Assembly (NCBI GenBank): GCA_964489735.1
Contig: CAZBAL010000006.1
Location: 11,796 to 75,795, forward strand
Reading direction: 5' to 3'
From: an uncultured Clostridia bacterium
Lineage (GTDB): Bacteria; Bacillota; Clostridia; Tissierellales; Gottschalkiaceae
DNA length: 64,000 nucleotides
Notes under the pieces: model-generated
Seen by the model: the letters and a program-made list of their open reading frames with translations, nothing else
Database searches by the model: none
What the model was told of the DNA's origin: nothing
Made by a program: the position numbers and the translations under genes
Part shown: positions 38,903-49,155 of the stretch, in pieces
Position numbering within the stretch: position 1 is the first letter of the stretch
How the letters are laid out: every line of letters starts with the position of its first letter

Positions 38903-39613
38903 TTAAAACGTTTTAGAATAATCTCTAGCTCCAAAAATTGCTGTGCCAACTCTAATCATATTAGAGCCTTCCTCCAAAGCAATTTTATAGTCATTAGTCA
39001 TACCCATAGATAAGTATTTCATATCTACATTTTTAATATCAAGTCCAGCTATTTCATCATATAAGCTTTTAAGCTTTTTGAATACTGGTCTCGTATCCTC
39101 TGGATCTTCTTCATGAGGAGCCATAGTCATAAGACCTCTGACTCTGATATGATCCATATCTTCTATTTTTCTAAGAAAATCTACAACTTCTTCAGGAGAG
39201 AAGCCTCCTTTGGTCTCTTCTCCAGACACATTGACCTGTATCAACACATCCATTACTGAATTCGCACTTTTTGCCCTTCTATTTATCTCTTTGGCTAAGC
39301 TCATTCTATCTAATGAATGAATCATTTTTACTTTGTCAATTAAAAATCTAACCTTATTGGTCTGGAGGCCTCCAATCATATGCATATTGTAGTCGCCCTC
39401 AAGAGAATCCATTTTTCGCTCTATTTCCTGAACTCTGTTCTCACCTAAGTCTTTTGCTCCAAGTGAAATAGCTTCATTTGCAACATCAATGTCAACTGTT
39501 TTAGATACAGCTATAAGTGTTATATCTTCTCTTTTTCTTCCCTGTTTTGAAACAATCTTTTCGATTTCATCATTAATTCTATCCAGATTTTCTTTTAAAT
39601 CTATATTGGACAT
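38903..39613 (-). CDS. yggS: YggS/YlmE PLP homeostasis protein
   Basis: LIAVSKT, GENRVQE, HMIGGLQTNKV, QVNVSGEETKGG, GLMTMAP, LSMGMTNDY, VRVGTAIFG. Confidence 0.96.
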   Translation of the reverse strand: MSNIDLKENLDRINDEIEKIVSKQGRKREDITLIAVSKTVDIDVANEAISLGAKDLGENRVQEIERKMDSLEGDYNMHMIGGLQTNKVRFLIDKVKMIHSLDRMSLAKEINRRAKSANSVMDVLIQVNVSGEETKGGFSPEEVVDFLRKIEDMDHIRVRGLMTMAPHEEDPEDTRPVFKKLKSLYDEIAGLDIKNVDMKYLSMGMTNDYKIALEEGSNMIRVGTAIFGARDYSKTF

Positions 39614-39640
39614 TACAACAACTCCTTCTTTATTTTATGC

Positions 39641-40945
39641 TTAGTTAATTATATTGTTCTCTTTAGCTAAAGAACCATACCTTAACACTTCATCATAAGT
39701 TTTTAGAGTACGAACATCCTTTACTTTACCATCAATTGTAGCTCTTACCAATTCTGTCTCTTCTTTTTTAACTATCGCATAGTCTTTATCTCTGTAAATA
39801 ATATTCACAGGACAAAATCTTACTATGCCGCTTATATCCTTCACAAATACACCTACTGTATTGCCTTCTCTAGTTACGATCGAAGTACTAGGAACCTTAA
39901 GTCCGTAATATGTATCTTTTTCGACTTTAGCTTTAACATACCTCAAATCTAATACTTCATGTAATCTCTGATCGAATTTAAGAAGCAAAAGCATTTCTCT
40001 GTCATTCTCCTTCGTATCGACCAGTTTGCCAGATAAGTTAATATTCGTACTCGGTATTGTAAAGTTAACCGTATTTTTCGTATCTAAATATCGTTTATAG
40101 TCGATATTGGCTTTGACTAAAGCATACCAAGATGTATTGTCTACAAACCTGATAGACTTGTATCTCGTATTTAGATTTTCTTTACGCTTTGATTTTTCAT
40201 ACGAACTCGCTAAACTATTGAATTTATCAAAATCAATTTTTTCTATATTTTTCAATGACAGTTCTTTCTCAAAATCATCGGTTTTACTTGAGAACAGACC
40301 TGAAACTTCCGCTTTATAACTCTTGTTCCCCAATCCGGAATCTTTCAATATCCTATCTCTATTCTTCTCTAGTGAATTTATTTTTTCTTCAAAAAAAGCA
40401 ATGCTATTGTCACTATGTTCCAATATGTCTTTTTTGACTTTGTCAGCTTTTGAAGTTTGATCTTCTCCTAATGCAGCTTTAAGTTTTTTAATATATGCAT
40501 CGATATCTTCTTCTGATCTCTCATCAGTACCAATATAGTATTTATAATTTTCAAAGAGATCATTATATAAATCAATCTTTTCCGACAGTGTTTTTAATTC
40601 ATTCTTCTGTTCATCATTAGGTAAAATCCTAGCAGTTGCAAACACTTCTCCTTTTGCAACTTTTTCGCCATCTTTGAATTTAAATTTGAGATTTTCGCTG
40701 CTCACTTTTTGAACATGTTCATCCATGACAATGAAAGCATCTGCAAATTCTTCATCCCTATAACTCTCTTCCACTACGGTAACCGTAGGCAAGTTAGATG
40801 ATACAACAGAAACAATTCCCTTTATAATAACAAAGAAAAAAATTAAAGCAAGAGAAGCTAAAAAAACGATTCTTCTTTTGACAAATATAGCTTTTGGTTT
40901 TGACTTTCTTCTCTTTCTCGCGGTTCGTCTTGAATTTTCTTCCAC
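39641..40945 (-). CDS. HlyD/membrane-fusion-like single-pass membrane protein of unknown function
   Basis: Basic N-terminus plus TM, barrel-sandwich-like DGEKVAKGE and YKAEVSGLFS segments flanking a coiled coil, GLKVPSTSIV. Confidence 0.65.
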   Translation of the reverse strand: MEENSRRTARKRRKSKPKAIFVKRRIVFLASLALIFFFVIIKGIVSVVSSNLPTVTVVEESYRDEEFADAFIVMDEHVQKVSSENLKFKFKDGEKVAKGEVFATARILPNDEQKNELKTLSEKIDLYNDLFENYKYYIGTDERSEEDIDAYIKKLKAALGEDQTSKADKVKKDILEHSDNSIAFFEEKINSLEKNRDRILKDSGLGNKSYKAEVSGLFSSKTDDFEKELSLKNIEKIDFDKFNSLASSYEKSKRKENLNTRYKSIRFVDNTSWYALVKANIDYKRYLDTKNTVNFTIPSTNINLSGKLVDTKENDREMLLLLKFDQRLHEVLDLRYVKAKVEKDTYYGLKVPSTSIVTREGNTVGVFVKDISGIVRFCPVNIIYRDKDYAIVKKEETELVRATIDGKVKDVRTLKTYDEVLRYGSLAKENNIIN

Positions 40946-41071
40946 GACGAATCACCTCATAGCTATATTATGTGATTTGATTGTAATACACTTAAGTATT
41001 ATTATATCATAAATATTAATTTAGTATACATAATATTAATACAATCTAGAGATATGAATTGCATAATAATT

Positions 41072-42094
41072 CTACCAGTTTACATCGTTTTCATCTAAAA
41101 TTTCTTCCATCTCAAACTTCTTGCTTCTCGTCATTAATCGTTCAAGTGCCTCCTGAACGTTCCCGTCATTAAATATTACATTATATAGTTCATTCGTAAT
41201 GGGCATATCAACATCATATTTTTTTGAAAGTTCATAAGCAGCCTCTGTGGTTTTCATACCTTCAACTACCATTCCAATTTCTTCCGATGCCTTTTGTGAT
41301 GTCAATCCCTGCCCCATAAGTATACCTGCTCTTCTATTTCTACTGTGCATACTAGTACAAGTAACTATCAAGTCTCCCATACCAGCCAGTCCGGAAAATG
41401 TCGGTCCAGATGCACCTATCTTAAGACCTAACTTTGTGATTTCAATGAATCCTCTGCTCATCAAAGCAGCTTTAGTATTATCCTGATATCCGAAACCATC
41501 TGAAATTCCAGCAGCCAATGCTATTATGTTCTTTAAAGCACCTGATATCTCAACCCCAATTAAGTCTGGGTTTGTATATACCCTGAATCTTTTTGTCATA
41601 AAAACGTCCTGAATTTTTTCAGCTACGTCTCTTTTTTCAGCTGAAGCAACAATCGCTGTAGGCATATCCAGTCCAACCTCTTCAGCATGGGATGGGCCTG
41701 AAAGTATTCCGTAACTGCAGTTAGGCAGTTCCTGCTCTACTATTTCTGAAATTCTGTAAAGGGTTCCTATCTCAAGCCCTTTTGATACATTGACAACAAT
41801 ACTGCCACTCTTAACTTTATCTTTTATCTTTTTGAATACAGATCTGCAAGATTGAGTTGGAACTGCAGAAACAATAAAATCTGTATCTTCAAAAATATCT
41901 AAAGAGTCAGTACACACTAAGTTTTCAGGCAGATCCACACCAGGTAAATATTTCTTGTTCTCCCTGCTATCATTTATAAGCTTAACTTGTTCTTTGTCTC
42001 TAAGCCACATCTTAACATTGTATCCTTTATTTGCTAAAAGACGTGCGAGGGCTGTTCCCCAGCTACCTCCACCTAATACAACTACATTATCCAT
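41072..42094 (-). CDS. gpsA: NAD(P)H-dependent glycerol-3-phosphate dehydrogenase
   Basis: GGGSWGTALA, SKGLE, SGPSHAEEV, ALKNIIA, GLAGMGDLIVTC.S.HSRNR, VVEG. Confidence 0.98.
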   Translation of the reverse strand: MDNVVVLGGGSWGTALARLLANKGYNVKMWLRDKEQVKLINDSRENKKYLPGVDLPENLVCTDSLDIFEDTDFIVSAVPTQSCRSVFKKIKDKVKSGSIVVNVSKGLEIGTLYRISEIVEQELPNCSYGILSGPSHAEEVGLDMPTAIVASAEKRDVAEKIQDVFMTKRFRVYTNPDLIGVEISGALKNIIALAAGISDGFGYQDNTKAALMSRGFIEITKLGLKIGASGPTFSGLAGMGDLIVTCTSMHSRNRRAGILMGQGLTSQKASEEIGMVVEGMKTTEAAYELSKKYDVDMPITNELYNVIFNDGNVQEALERLMTRSKKFEMEEILDENDVNW

Positions 42095-42104
42095 AACCTA
42101 ACCC

Positions 42105-42710
42105 CTAATCCATTTTTTTCGTAAATTTATTTTCCTCTCCAGCTAATAACCTTCTAATATTTTCTCTATGTCTATAGAGCATCATAGCAAATATTAGAAA
42201 AGACATTATTACAAGATTTATCCCACGTTCCTTATAGTAAAAAACAGTGTTAAAAATAAACCAAAGTCCTGTTGATGTAAGTGCTCCAAGTGAAACATAC
42301 TTTGTTCTGGCTATTATCAGAAGTCCTATTATAATAGCTGCAAGGGTAGAAACAGGTGTAATCATAAGAGCTACGCCTATACTTGTAGCTACACCTTTTC
42401 CGCCCTTGAATTTGAGAAACACCGGCCAGTTATGTCCTATTACGACAAAAAGACCAGCAGCCATTCCACCAATATCACCTGCGAGTTTATAGCCTATCAG
42501 AACTGCAATCGTACCCTTTAATAAGTCCAAAAGAAGAGTGGCTATAGCAATTTTTTTACCAAATACTCTAAGTGCATTCGTAGTTCCCGCATTATGACTG
42601 CCATGTTCCCTTATGTCTTTTTTTGTAATCAACCTTCCTAAAATGTATGATGTCTGAAAGTTACCCAACAGGTATGCTATGACAATACTAAATAATAATT
42701 CCCTGCTCAT
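42105..42710 (-). CDS. plsY: Glycerol-3-phosphate acyltransferase PlsY
   Basis: AYLLGN, DIREHGSHNAGTTN, DLLKG, GHNWP, FKGGKGVAT, HRENI.RL..GEE. Confidence 0.97.
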   Translation of the reverse strand: MSRELLFSIVIAYLLGNFQTSYILGRLITKKDIREHGSHNAGTTNALRVFGKKIAIATLLLDLLKGTIAVLIGYKLAGDIGGMAAGLFVVIGHNWPVFLKFKGGKGVATSIGVALMITPVSTLAAIIIGLLIIARTKYVSLGALTSTGLWFIFNTVFYYKERGINLVIMSFLIFAMMLYRHRENIRRLLAGEENKFTKKMD

Positions 42711-42711
42711 A

Positions 42712-44031
42712 TTACCCCTCTTTCTTTTCGCTTAAGCTGAACTGAATAGGGGTTCCAATATATTCAAACGATTCTCTTATTTTATTTTCAAGGTATCTTT
42801 CATAAGAAAAATGAGATAATTCCTTGTCATTTACAAACAACACAAATTTTGGTGGTCTTACACCAACCTGAGTTGTGTAAAAAATCTTGAGTCTCTTGCC
42901 TTTATCACTAGGCGGCTGATTCATAAGAATAGCTCTGCCTATAATATCATTCAATACACCCGTGCTTATTCTCAAGTTATAATTTTCGTATACCATTTTT
43001 ATGTTCTCAAGCACTTTATCTACTCTTTTTCCAGTTTCAACAGAAATAAAGATTATTGGAGCATAAGACATGAAAGCTAACTCTCTTCTTATTTCTCTCT
43101 CAAACTCCAGATAAGTCTTATCACCTTTATCTACTAGATCCCATTTGTTTACAATTATGACAGATGCTTTTCCATTATTATGAGCATGACCCGCAATTTT
43201 TGCATCCTGTTCTGTAATACCGGTTGTAGCATCAATCATAATAAGACATACATCCGCTCTTTCAATAGCTGTAAGAGTTCTTATTACACTATATCTTTCA
43301 ATATCTTCGAAGACTTTTTTCTGTCTTCTAAGTCCAGCAGTGTCTATGAATAAAAACTTATCATCTTCTGTTTCGTAATAAGTGTCTATAGCATCTCTGG
43401 TTGTTCCAGCAATATCGCTAACTATTACTCTATCTTCTCCTAATATTCTGTTTATAATAGATGACTTTCCAACATTTGGCTTTCCAATAACAGCCACTTT
43501 TATTACATCATCATCATATTCAGTATCCTTATCAGTTGGGAAATATCTTACAACTTCATCTAAAAGATCTCCCAAACCAAGTCCCTGCCCAGCAGAAATT
43601 GCTACAACATTGTCCATTCCAAGTTCATAGAACTCATACATTGCATCTTCCCTGCTGAAATCATCGATTTTATTGCAAGCAATGATAACTTTTTTATTAG
43701 ATCTTCGCAGCATCTGAGCTATTTCCTTATCTGCCGGAGTTATGCCCTGCTTTCCATCGACAACAAAAATTATTACATCTCCAGTTTCAATAGCTATCTC
43801 AGCCTGTCTTCTCATCTGAGAAAGTATTATATCCTCAGTATCCGGCTCAATTCCACCAGTATCTATTATGGTAAAATATTTATTAGTCCATTCTGCCTCA
43901 GCATATATTCTATCCCTTGTAACACCTGGAGTATCCTCAACTATTGATATCCTGCTTCCTGCTAATTTATTAAATAGTGTAGATTTACCTACATTTGGTC
44001 TGCCGACTATTGCAACTACAGGTCTCGACAT
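42712..44031 (-). CDS. der: Ribosome biogenesis GTPase Der (EngA)
   Basis: Two G domains ([18 protein letters not shown]), DTGG, DTAG, KH-like C-terminus; MSRPVVAIV start at 44031. Confidence 0.98.
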   Translation of the reverse strand: MSRPVVAIVGRPNVGKSTLFNKLAGSRISIVEDTPGVTRDRIYAEAEWTNKYFTIIDTGGIEPDTEDIILSQMRRQAEIAIETGDVIIFVVDGKQGITPADKEIAQMLRRSNKKVIIACNKIDDFSREDAMYEFYELGMDNVVAISAGQGLGLGDLLDEVVRYFPTDKDTEYDDDVIKVAVIGKPNVGKSSIINRILGEDRVIVSDIAGTTRDAIDTYYETEDDKFLFIDTAGLRRQKKVFEDIERYSVIRTLTAIERADVCLIMIDATTGITEQDAKIAGHAHNNGKASVIIVNKWDLVDKGDKTYLEFEREIRRELAFMSYAPIIFISVETGKRVDKVLENIKMVYENYNLRISTGVLNDIIGRAILMNQPPSDKGKRLKIFYTTQVGVRPPKFVLFVNDKELSHFSYERYLENKIRESFEYIGTPIQFSLSEKKEG

Positions 44032-44099
44032 AAAACCACCCCTTTTATCATATTCCAATCCAGCAACAACTAATATCACTGCAACTCGAATTATTTATT

Positions 44100-45428
44100 T
44101 TATTTATTGAAAAGACTTACAAACTTCTGACCGTCTACTTCCTCTGCAATCACTTTAGTTCCTAATTTATTGCTGAGCTCTTCTAACGTCATATCATCTA
44201 AAAAAACATCTTCATCACTTTTTAACATAGCCTTTGTGATTAGTACTGCATCTCCTAGATCTCTCTCTTTTAACTGCTCATATAAGTCTGTACCTGTGAT
44301 AAGGCCAGCAACTGTTATGTTCTCTCCAAAGAAATTGTTTTTGATCATCACCACATCAATTTGAATATTTGGATATTTTGATTGAATCATCTTCGCAAAT
44401 ACACGCATATGACTTGCAGCCAGCTTTCCAGTAGCAATGGTGTATTTGCCGACCACTTTCTCATCATATTCCAAGAGGTCAAGAGCTCTTACAATCTCTT
44501 CCTCAAAGGATCTGACTAAGCCCACTCCATTTTCCAACTGAGGATAACCTTCATAATACTCTTCATCAGGTATCTCTTTGTCAGCAACTAAATAGAATTC
44601 ATCCGAAATAAATGAAAACTTGGTTCCCAGCTTTTTCATATAATCCTTCTGTAATTCCTCAACAAGCTCTACCATTTCACTAGCTGTTTCCTTGTTATAG
44701 ATATCCAGATCAAACAGGTTCTCCCTAAACTTTGTAACTCCTACTGGTACAATAGCAACACTTTCAATTGAAGGATATAATGATGCCAAATCACTCAAAG
44801 TTCTCCTTAGTTCTTCACCATCATTAATACAAGGAACTGCAACTATTTGAGCATTCATCGACAAGTTTACATCTGCAAACTTCTTTAGAATATCAAATAC
44901 TTTTCCAGCATTTTTGTTTCCAAGCATCTTTACCCTGAGTTCAGGATTCGTAGTGTGAACTGATATGTTTATAGGACTGATTCTGTATTTTATAATCCTA
45001 TCTATTTCTTCGTCTGATAGATTTGTAAGAGTTATAAAATTTCCTTGGAGGAACGAAAGTCTAGAATCATCATCCTTAAAATACAAAGTCTTTCTCATTC
45101 CTTTAGGTAGCTGATCAATAAAGCAGAATATACACTTATTTCTACAGTTTTTTGCTTTATCAATTAGAGGATTAGTAAAACTTATTCCTAACCCTTCATC
45201 AAAACCCTTCTCTATCTCGAGCTCCCAGATCTCTCCATCAGCTTTCTGTATTTCCATTTCTATATAATCATCGGTTATTAAGTATTTATATTCAATAATA
45301 TCATTAACTTTCTGTCCGTTTATACTCAGGAGTATGTCACCAGGCTCTATCTCAAGCTCTTCACCAATGCTCCCAGACTCGACTTCTTCAATGATATTAA
45401 TATTCTCTTCGTAGTTTTTTAGCTCCAT
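44100..45428 (-). CDS. PDZ plus radical-SAM-like DUF512 Fe-S protein
   Basis: N-terminal PDZ-like GSIGEELEIEPGDILL; CRNKCIFC (CxxxCxxC); YFKDDDSRLSFLQGNFITLTN; QLENGVG. Confidence 0.88.
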   Translation of the reverse strand: MELKNYEENINIIEEVESGSIGEELEIEPGDILLSINGQKVNDIIEYKYLITDDYIEMEIQKADGEIWELEIEKGFDEGLGISFTNPLIDKAKNCRNKCIFCFIDQLPKGMRKTLYFKDDDSRLSFLQGNFITLTNLSDEEIDRIIKYRISPINISVHTTNPELRVKMLGNKNAGKVFDILKKFADVNLSMNAQIVAVPCINDGEELRRTLSDLASLYPSIESVAIVPVGVTKFRENLFDLDIYNKETASEMVELVEELQKDYMKKLGTKFSFISDEFYLVADKEIPDEEYYEGYPQLENGVGLVRSFEEEIVRALDLLEYDEKVVGKYTIATGKLAASHMRVFAKMIQSKYPNIQIDVVMIKNNFFGENITVAGLITGTDLYEQLKERDLGDAVLITKAMLKSDEDVFLDDMTLEELSNKLGTKVIAEEVDGQKFVSLFNK

Positions 45429-45572
45429 AATTATCCCTTCTAAACATTGCTTATTCCTATTAATTATACCTTATAAATGTTGTTAATTCAATGCTTATAA
45501 CCTACTATAATATAAATACAGAGCCAGTAGAAAGCTAGTAAAAACTTTCCTAATGGCTCCTCATTTAATATA

Positions 45573-47777
45573 TTATTCTATTTCATGATGGTTTTCTTCA
45601 TCAGTTCTTCTTTCGGATAGATTTTCTAGTAGTGCAAAATCTATCTTTCTAGTTGAAGGAACTGCTGAAACCACCTTAATTCTCATTCTGTCACCTAGCT
45701 TTATAATCTTTCTAGTATTTTCACCTACAAGCTGATGCATTTCATCGTTGTAATGATAGTAGTCATAGTCTATAGAATGAATTGGAATAAATCCTTCAAT
45801 TGTGTTTTCCAGCTCTACAAACAGACCACTGCTTATAACAGAAGAAACAACTCCTACGAACTCCTGCCCAATTCTATCAGCCATGTACTCAGCTTTTTTA
45901 AGATCATCAGATTCTCGCTCTGCATCATCAGCTCTTCTTTCTGCTAGTGATGTGCTCTGAGCAACTGATGGCAGCAGTCTTTCATAGTGTTTTAACTGCT
46001 CAGAATCTAATCTACTATTTAAGAACTCTCTGAGTATTCTGTGTATCTGCAAATCAGGATATCTTCTAATTGGCGAAGTAAAGTGACTATAATATTCAGA
46101 AGCTAAACCAAAGTGACCCTCTTCTACTACCGAATATTTTGCTTTCTTTAAGGATCTCAACATGATTCTGCTGATAATTGGCTCTTCTTTTTTGCCCTTA
46201 ATGTCATTTAACAGCTCTTGAAGATGTCTAGGTTCTATACCATCAGCACCTGATCTCAATTTGTATCCCATAGTGTTCAGGAATTTCTTGAATGATTCTA
46301 TTTTCTCTTCGTCTGGCTCCTCATGAATTCTATAAAGGAAAGGAGTCTCTGTCCAGAAAATATTTTCTGCAACCGTTTCATTAGTAACTATCATAAACTC
46401 TTCTATGAGCCTGTTACCAACTCTTCTTTCAAGTTCCTTTATCTCAATAGGCTTACCGTTTTCATCGACATTTATCTGTGACTCAGGGAAATCAAAGCCT
46501 ATGCTTCCTCTTTTTATTCTCTTTTCATTCAATATTTCTGCCAGATGCTGCATATATTTCAGATCATCAGCTATTCCAAGTTCTTCAAATTTCTTTTTAG
46601 CTTCTGGAGCATCATTTTCCAAGAAATCAGATACATCATCATAAATCAGTCTAGCTGATGATTTGATAACCGACTCATAAATTCTATGGTTTACTACTTT
46701 CCCATATTTATCTATTTCCATAAACACCGACATAGCTAATCTATCCACGTCTGGCATCAAACTACAAACACCATTGGAAAGCTTCTCAGGCAGCATAGGA
46801 ATAACTCTATCAGGAAAATAAACCGATGTTCCTCTGTCTAGAGCTTCCTCATCAAGTGCCGTACCTTCTCTTACATAGAAAGATACGTCAGCTATATGGA
46901 CTCCTAATTCATAATTTCCATTGTCCATTTTCTTAATAGAAACGGCATCATCAAAATCTCTTGCATCTGCACCATCTATAGTAAATGTCACTTCATCTCT
47001 AAGATCTTCTCTTCTAGCTATTTCCTCAGGTCTAATATCTTCAGAAATTGCATTCGCTTCTTTAATCACTTCATCAGGGAATACATAAGGTAGTCCATAT
47101 TTTTTAATAATAGCAAGTACATCTACACCTTTTTCATCTTCGAATCCTAAAACATCAAGAATTTTTCCTTCTGGACTCTTCTCGCCATCTCCCCATTTTG
47201 TTATCTGAACCTCAACTAGCTGTCCAGTCTTTGCATCCATGCTATCTTGCAATAATACGAATACATCTGAAGATATCTTGTTTTCTAAGGGCACTACAAA
47301 TCCGAACTTCTGACTCTTTTGATATGTTCCTATCAGTTTATTGTTCGCTCTTGTCAAGATTTTTACAACTTCTCCAGTTCTTCTTTCATTTTCATCAGCA
47401 ATATAGTCTGGTTCATCCTGAACAATTCTAACGGCAACTCTGTCACCATGAAGAGCACCTTTCAATCCTCCAGGTCTTATGAACACATCCTCTTGTTCTT
47501 CCTGAGTTGATTCATCAGGAATCAGAAATGCAAAACCTTTAGGATTACCCTGTACCCTTCCTTCAATAAGCCCTAATCTTCTAGCAGTTCCTAATCTATC
47601 TTTATTAGTTCTGAAGAGATAACCTTCATCTTCCATCTTATTTATTATTCTTTTGAATTCATTTCTCTGATCACTAGGGATTTCAAATGCTTTTAATAGC
47701 TCATCCATTGTTCCCATTTTATTATTAGTGTCATCAAGATATTCATATATTTTATCTCTAATATTCATTCTCATCAC
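45573..47777 (-). CDS. rnr: Ribonuclease R
   Basis: Cold-shock domains (GNPKGFAF), RNB motif TIDGADARDFDDA, YSHFTSPIRRYPDL, C-terminal S1. Confidence 0.97.
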   Translation of the reverse strand: MMRMNIRDKIYEYLDDTNNKMGTMDELLKAFEIPSDQRNEFKRIINKMEDEGYLFRTNKDRLGTARRLGLIEGRVQGNPKGFAFLIPDESTQEEQEDVFIRPGGLKGALHGDRVAVRIVQDEPDYIADENERRTGEVVKILTRANNKLIGTYQKSQKFGFVVPLENKISSDVFVLLQDSMDAKTGQLVEVQITKWGDGEKSPEGKILDVLGFEDEKGVDVLAIIKKYGLPYVFPDEVIKEANAISEDIRPEEIARREDLRDEVTFTIDGADARDFDDAVSIKKMDNGNYELGVHIADVSFYVREGTALDEEALDRGTSVYFPDRVIPMLPEKLSNGVCSLMPDVDRLAMSVFMEIDKYGKVVNHRIYESVIKSSARLIYDDVSDFLENDAPEAKKKFEELGIADDLKYMQHLAEILNEKRIKRGSIGFDFPESQINVDENGKPIEIKELERRVGNRLIEEFMIVTNETVAENIFWTETPFLYRIHEEPDEEKIESFKKFLNTMGYKLRSGADGIEPRHLQELLNDIKGKKEEPIISRIMLRSLKKAKYSVVEEGHFGLASEYYSHFTSPIRRYPDLQIHRILREFLNSRLDSEQLKHYERLLPSVAQSTSLAERRADDAERESDDLKKAEYMADRIGQEFVGVVSSVISSGLFVELENTIEGFIPIHSIDYDYYHYNDEMHQLVGENTRKIIKLGDRMRIKVVSAVPSTRKIDFALLENLSERRTDEENHHEIE

Positions 47778-47837
47778 CCTTCTAAATTATAGGTTCTTTA
47801 ATCTATTATACCCATAATTTATCCACTTATTGTTAAA

Positions 47838-47870
47838 AACAAAAAAAGAGCAGATTAATTTCTGCCCTTT
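47838..47870 (-). terminator. Terminator after ddl
   Basis: Minus strand AAAGGGCAGA-aattaa-TCTGCTCTTT followed by TTTTGTTTT. Confidence 0.65.
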
Positions 47871-47937
47871 CAAACAAACATATTTTTTCTTCTGTCTTGC
47901 ATTCTTATTTTGTAATCTATTCAAAAACGAATAAAAT

Positions 47938-49113
47938 CTACATTTTTCCTGCTTTTGAATTGTTTCCGAAGCTAACCTTATCAAAAAGGTCAACATCATA
48001 TGAATACATATTTTCATTCTTTTCTGCCTGAACTGCAAAAGCTATATCGATTAACTCATCTATAAGCGCAGTGAAATTAATTCCCATAGGCTCCCACAGA
48101 TAATAAGCAAACGATCCAGGCTGTGTGTTTATCTCATTTATATAAACATTGTTATCTTGATCCATAAGGAAATCTATTCTTGCATTACCTTTACAGTCTA
48201 TAGCCATGAATGATTTTTTTGCAAGGTCCTGAATCTCTTCAGTTTTGCCTTCCGGAAGGTCAGCTGGAACATTTCTTCCACCAGTTTTTGTCCCTTTAGC
48301 ATTTGAATGAACATATTTGTCTTCATAAGTTAAAAGATCTGTCCATCCCAGCGGCTCCTCGCAAAGTGAAGCTTTAACTTTATTGTTATAACCCATTACT
48401 GCACAGTTGATCTCTCTTGGACTTTCCAGAGCCTGTTCAACTATTATCTTTCTGTCGTATCTTATTGCGATCTCAATTGACTCGATAAGTTCTTCTCTAT
48501 TTCTAGCTTTTGAAATACCTACAGATGACCCTAAGTTAGAAGGTTTAACAAATACAGGGTAGCCTATCTCCGCCTCAACCTTGTCTAATACCGTATCGCT
48601 TTCAGTTTCCCAAGCCGTTCTGAAGAACCAGTTGTATTTAACTATAGGTAAATTGTATGATTTGTAAACATCTTTCATAAGGATCTTATCCATACCCACA
48701 GAAGAACCAAGAACTCCTGCACTTACGTATGGTATGTTCATCATTTCAAATACACCTTGTACAGTACCGTCCTCTCCATTAGTACCATGAAGAGCTATGA
48801 AAACTGCATCTATATCCTGTTCAAACTTCTTACTGAAAAATCCACCCATTTTATCAGGATGACCAAAAATTCTTTTTTCATCATAAGTTGCTGTTACTAC
48901 TATTTCTCTTAAGTTATCAAGTTTTTTATTTTTGAAATTATCAAAATCTCTCAGTTCATCTCCTGTGAACCACTTTCCATCTTTATCTATAAAGATAGGA
49001 ATAATATTATATTTTGATTTATCCATGTTTTCCATTGCTTGCATACCAGTGATAACGGAAACTTCGTGTTCAACACTTCTACCACCAAATACAACTGCTA
49101 TATTCTTCTTCAT
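47938..49113 (-). CDS. ddl: D-alanine--D-alanine ligase family protein
   Basis: FGGRSVEHEVS, LHGTNGEDG, MDKI, VKPSNLGSSVGI, YEDKY, ARIDF, NEINTQPGS. Confidence 0.9.
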   Translation of the reverse strand: MKKNIAVVFGGRSVEHEVSVITGMQAMENMDKSKYNIIPIFIDKDGKWFTGDELRDFDNFKNKKLDNLREIVVTATYDEKRIFGHPDKMGGFFSKKFEQDIDAVFIALHGTNGEDGTVQGVFEMMNIPYVSAGVLGSSVGMDKILMKDVYKSYNLPIVKYNWFFRTAWETESDTVLDKVEAEIGYPVFVKPSNLGSSVGISKARNREELIESIEIAIRYDRKIIVEQALESPREINCAVMGYNNKVKASLCEEPLGWTDLLTYEDKYVHSNAKGTKTGGRNVPADLPEGKTEEIQDLAKKSFMAIDCKGNARIDFLMDQDNNVYINEINTQPGSFAYYLWEPMGINFTALIDELIDIAFAVQAEKNENMYSYDVDLFDKVSFGNNSKAGKM

Positions 49114-49155
49114 AAAAATACTCTCCCTTTCCGTATTAGTCTGTATATTATTATA

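Noticed and set aside
47787-48038. 83-aa minus-strand ORF overlapping the ddl 3' end
   Set aside because: It is in an alternative frame across the ddl stop and its terminator, with no RBS.
47938-49113. VanA/VanB-type D-Ala-D-Lac ligase (glycopeptide resistance)
   Set aside because: The omega-loop Tyr is retained (YEDKY), and no vanH, vanX or vanRS genes are adjacent.
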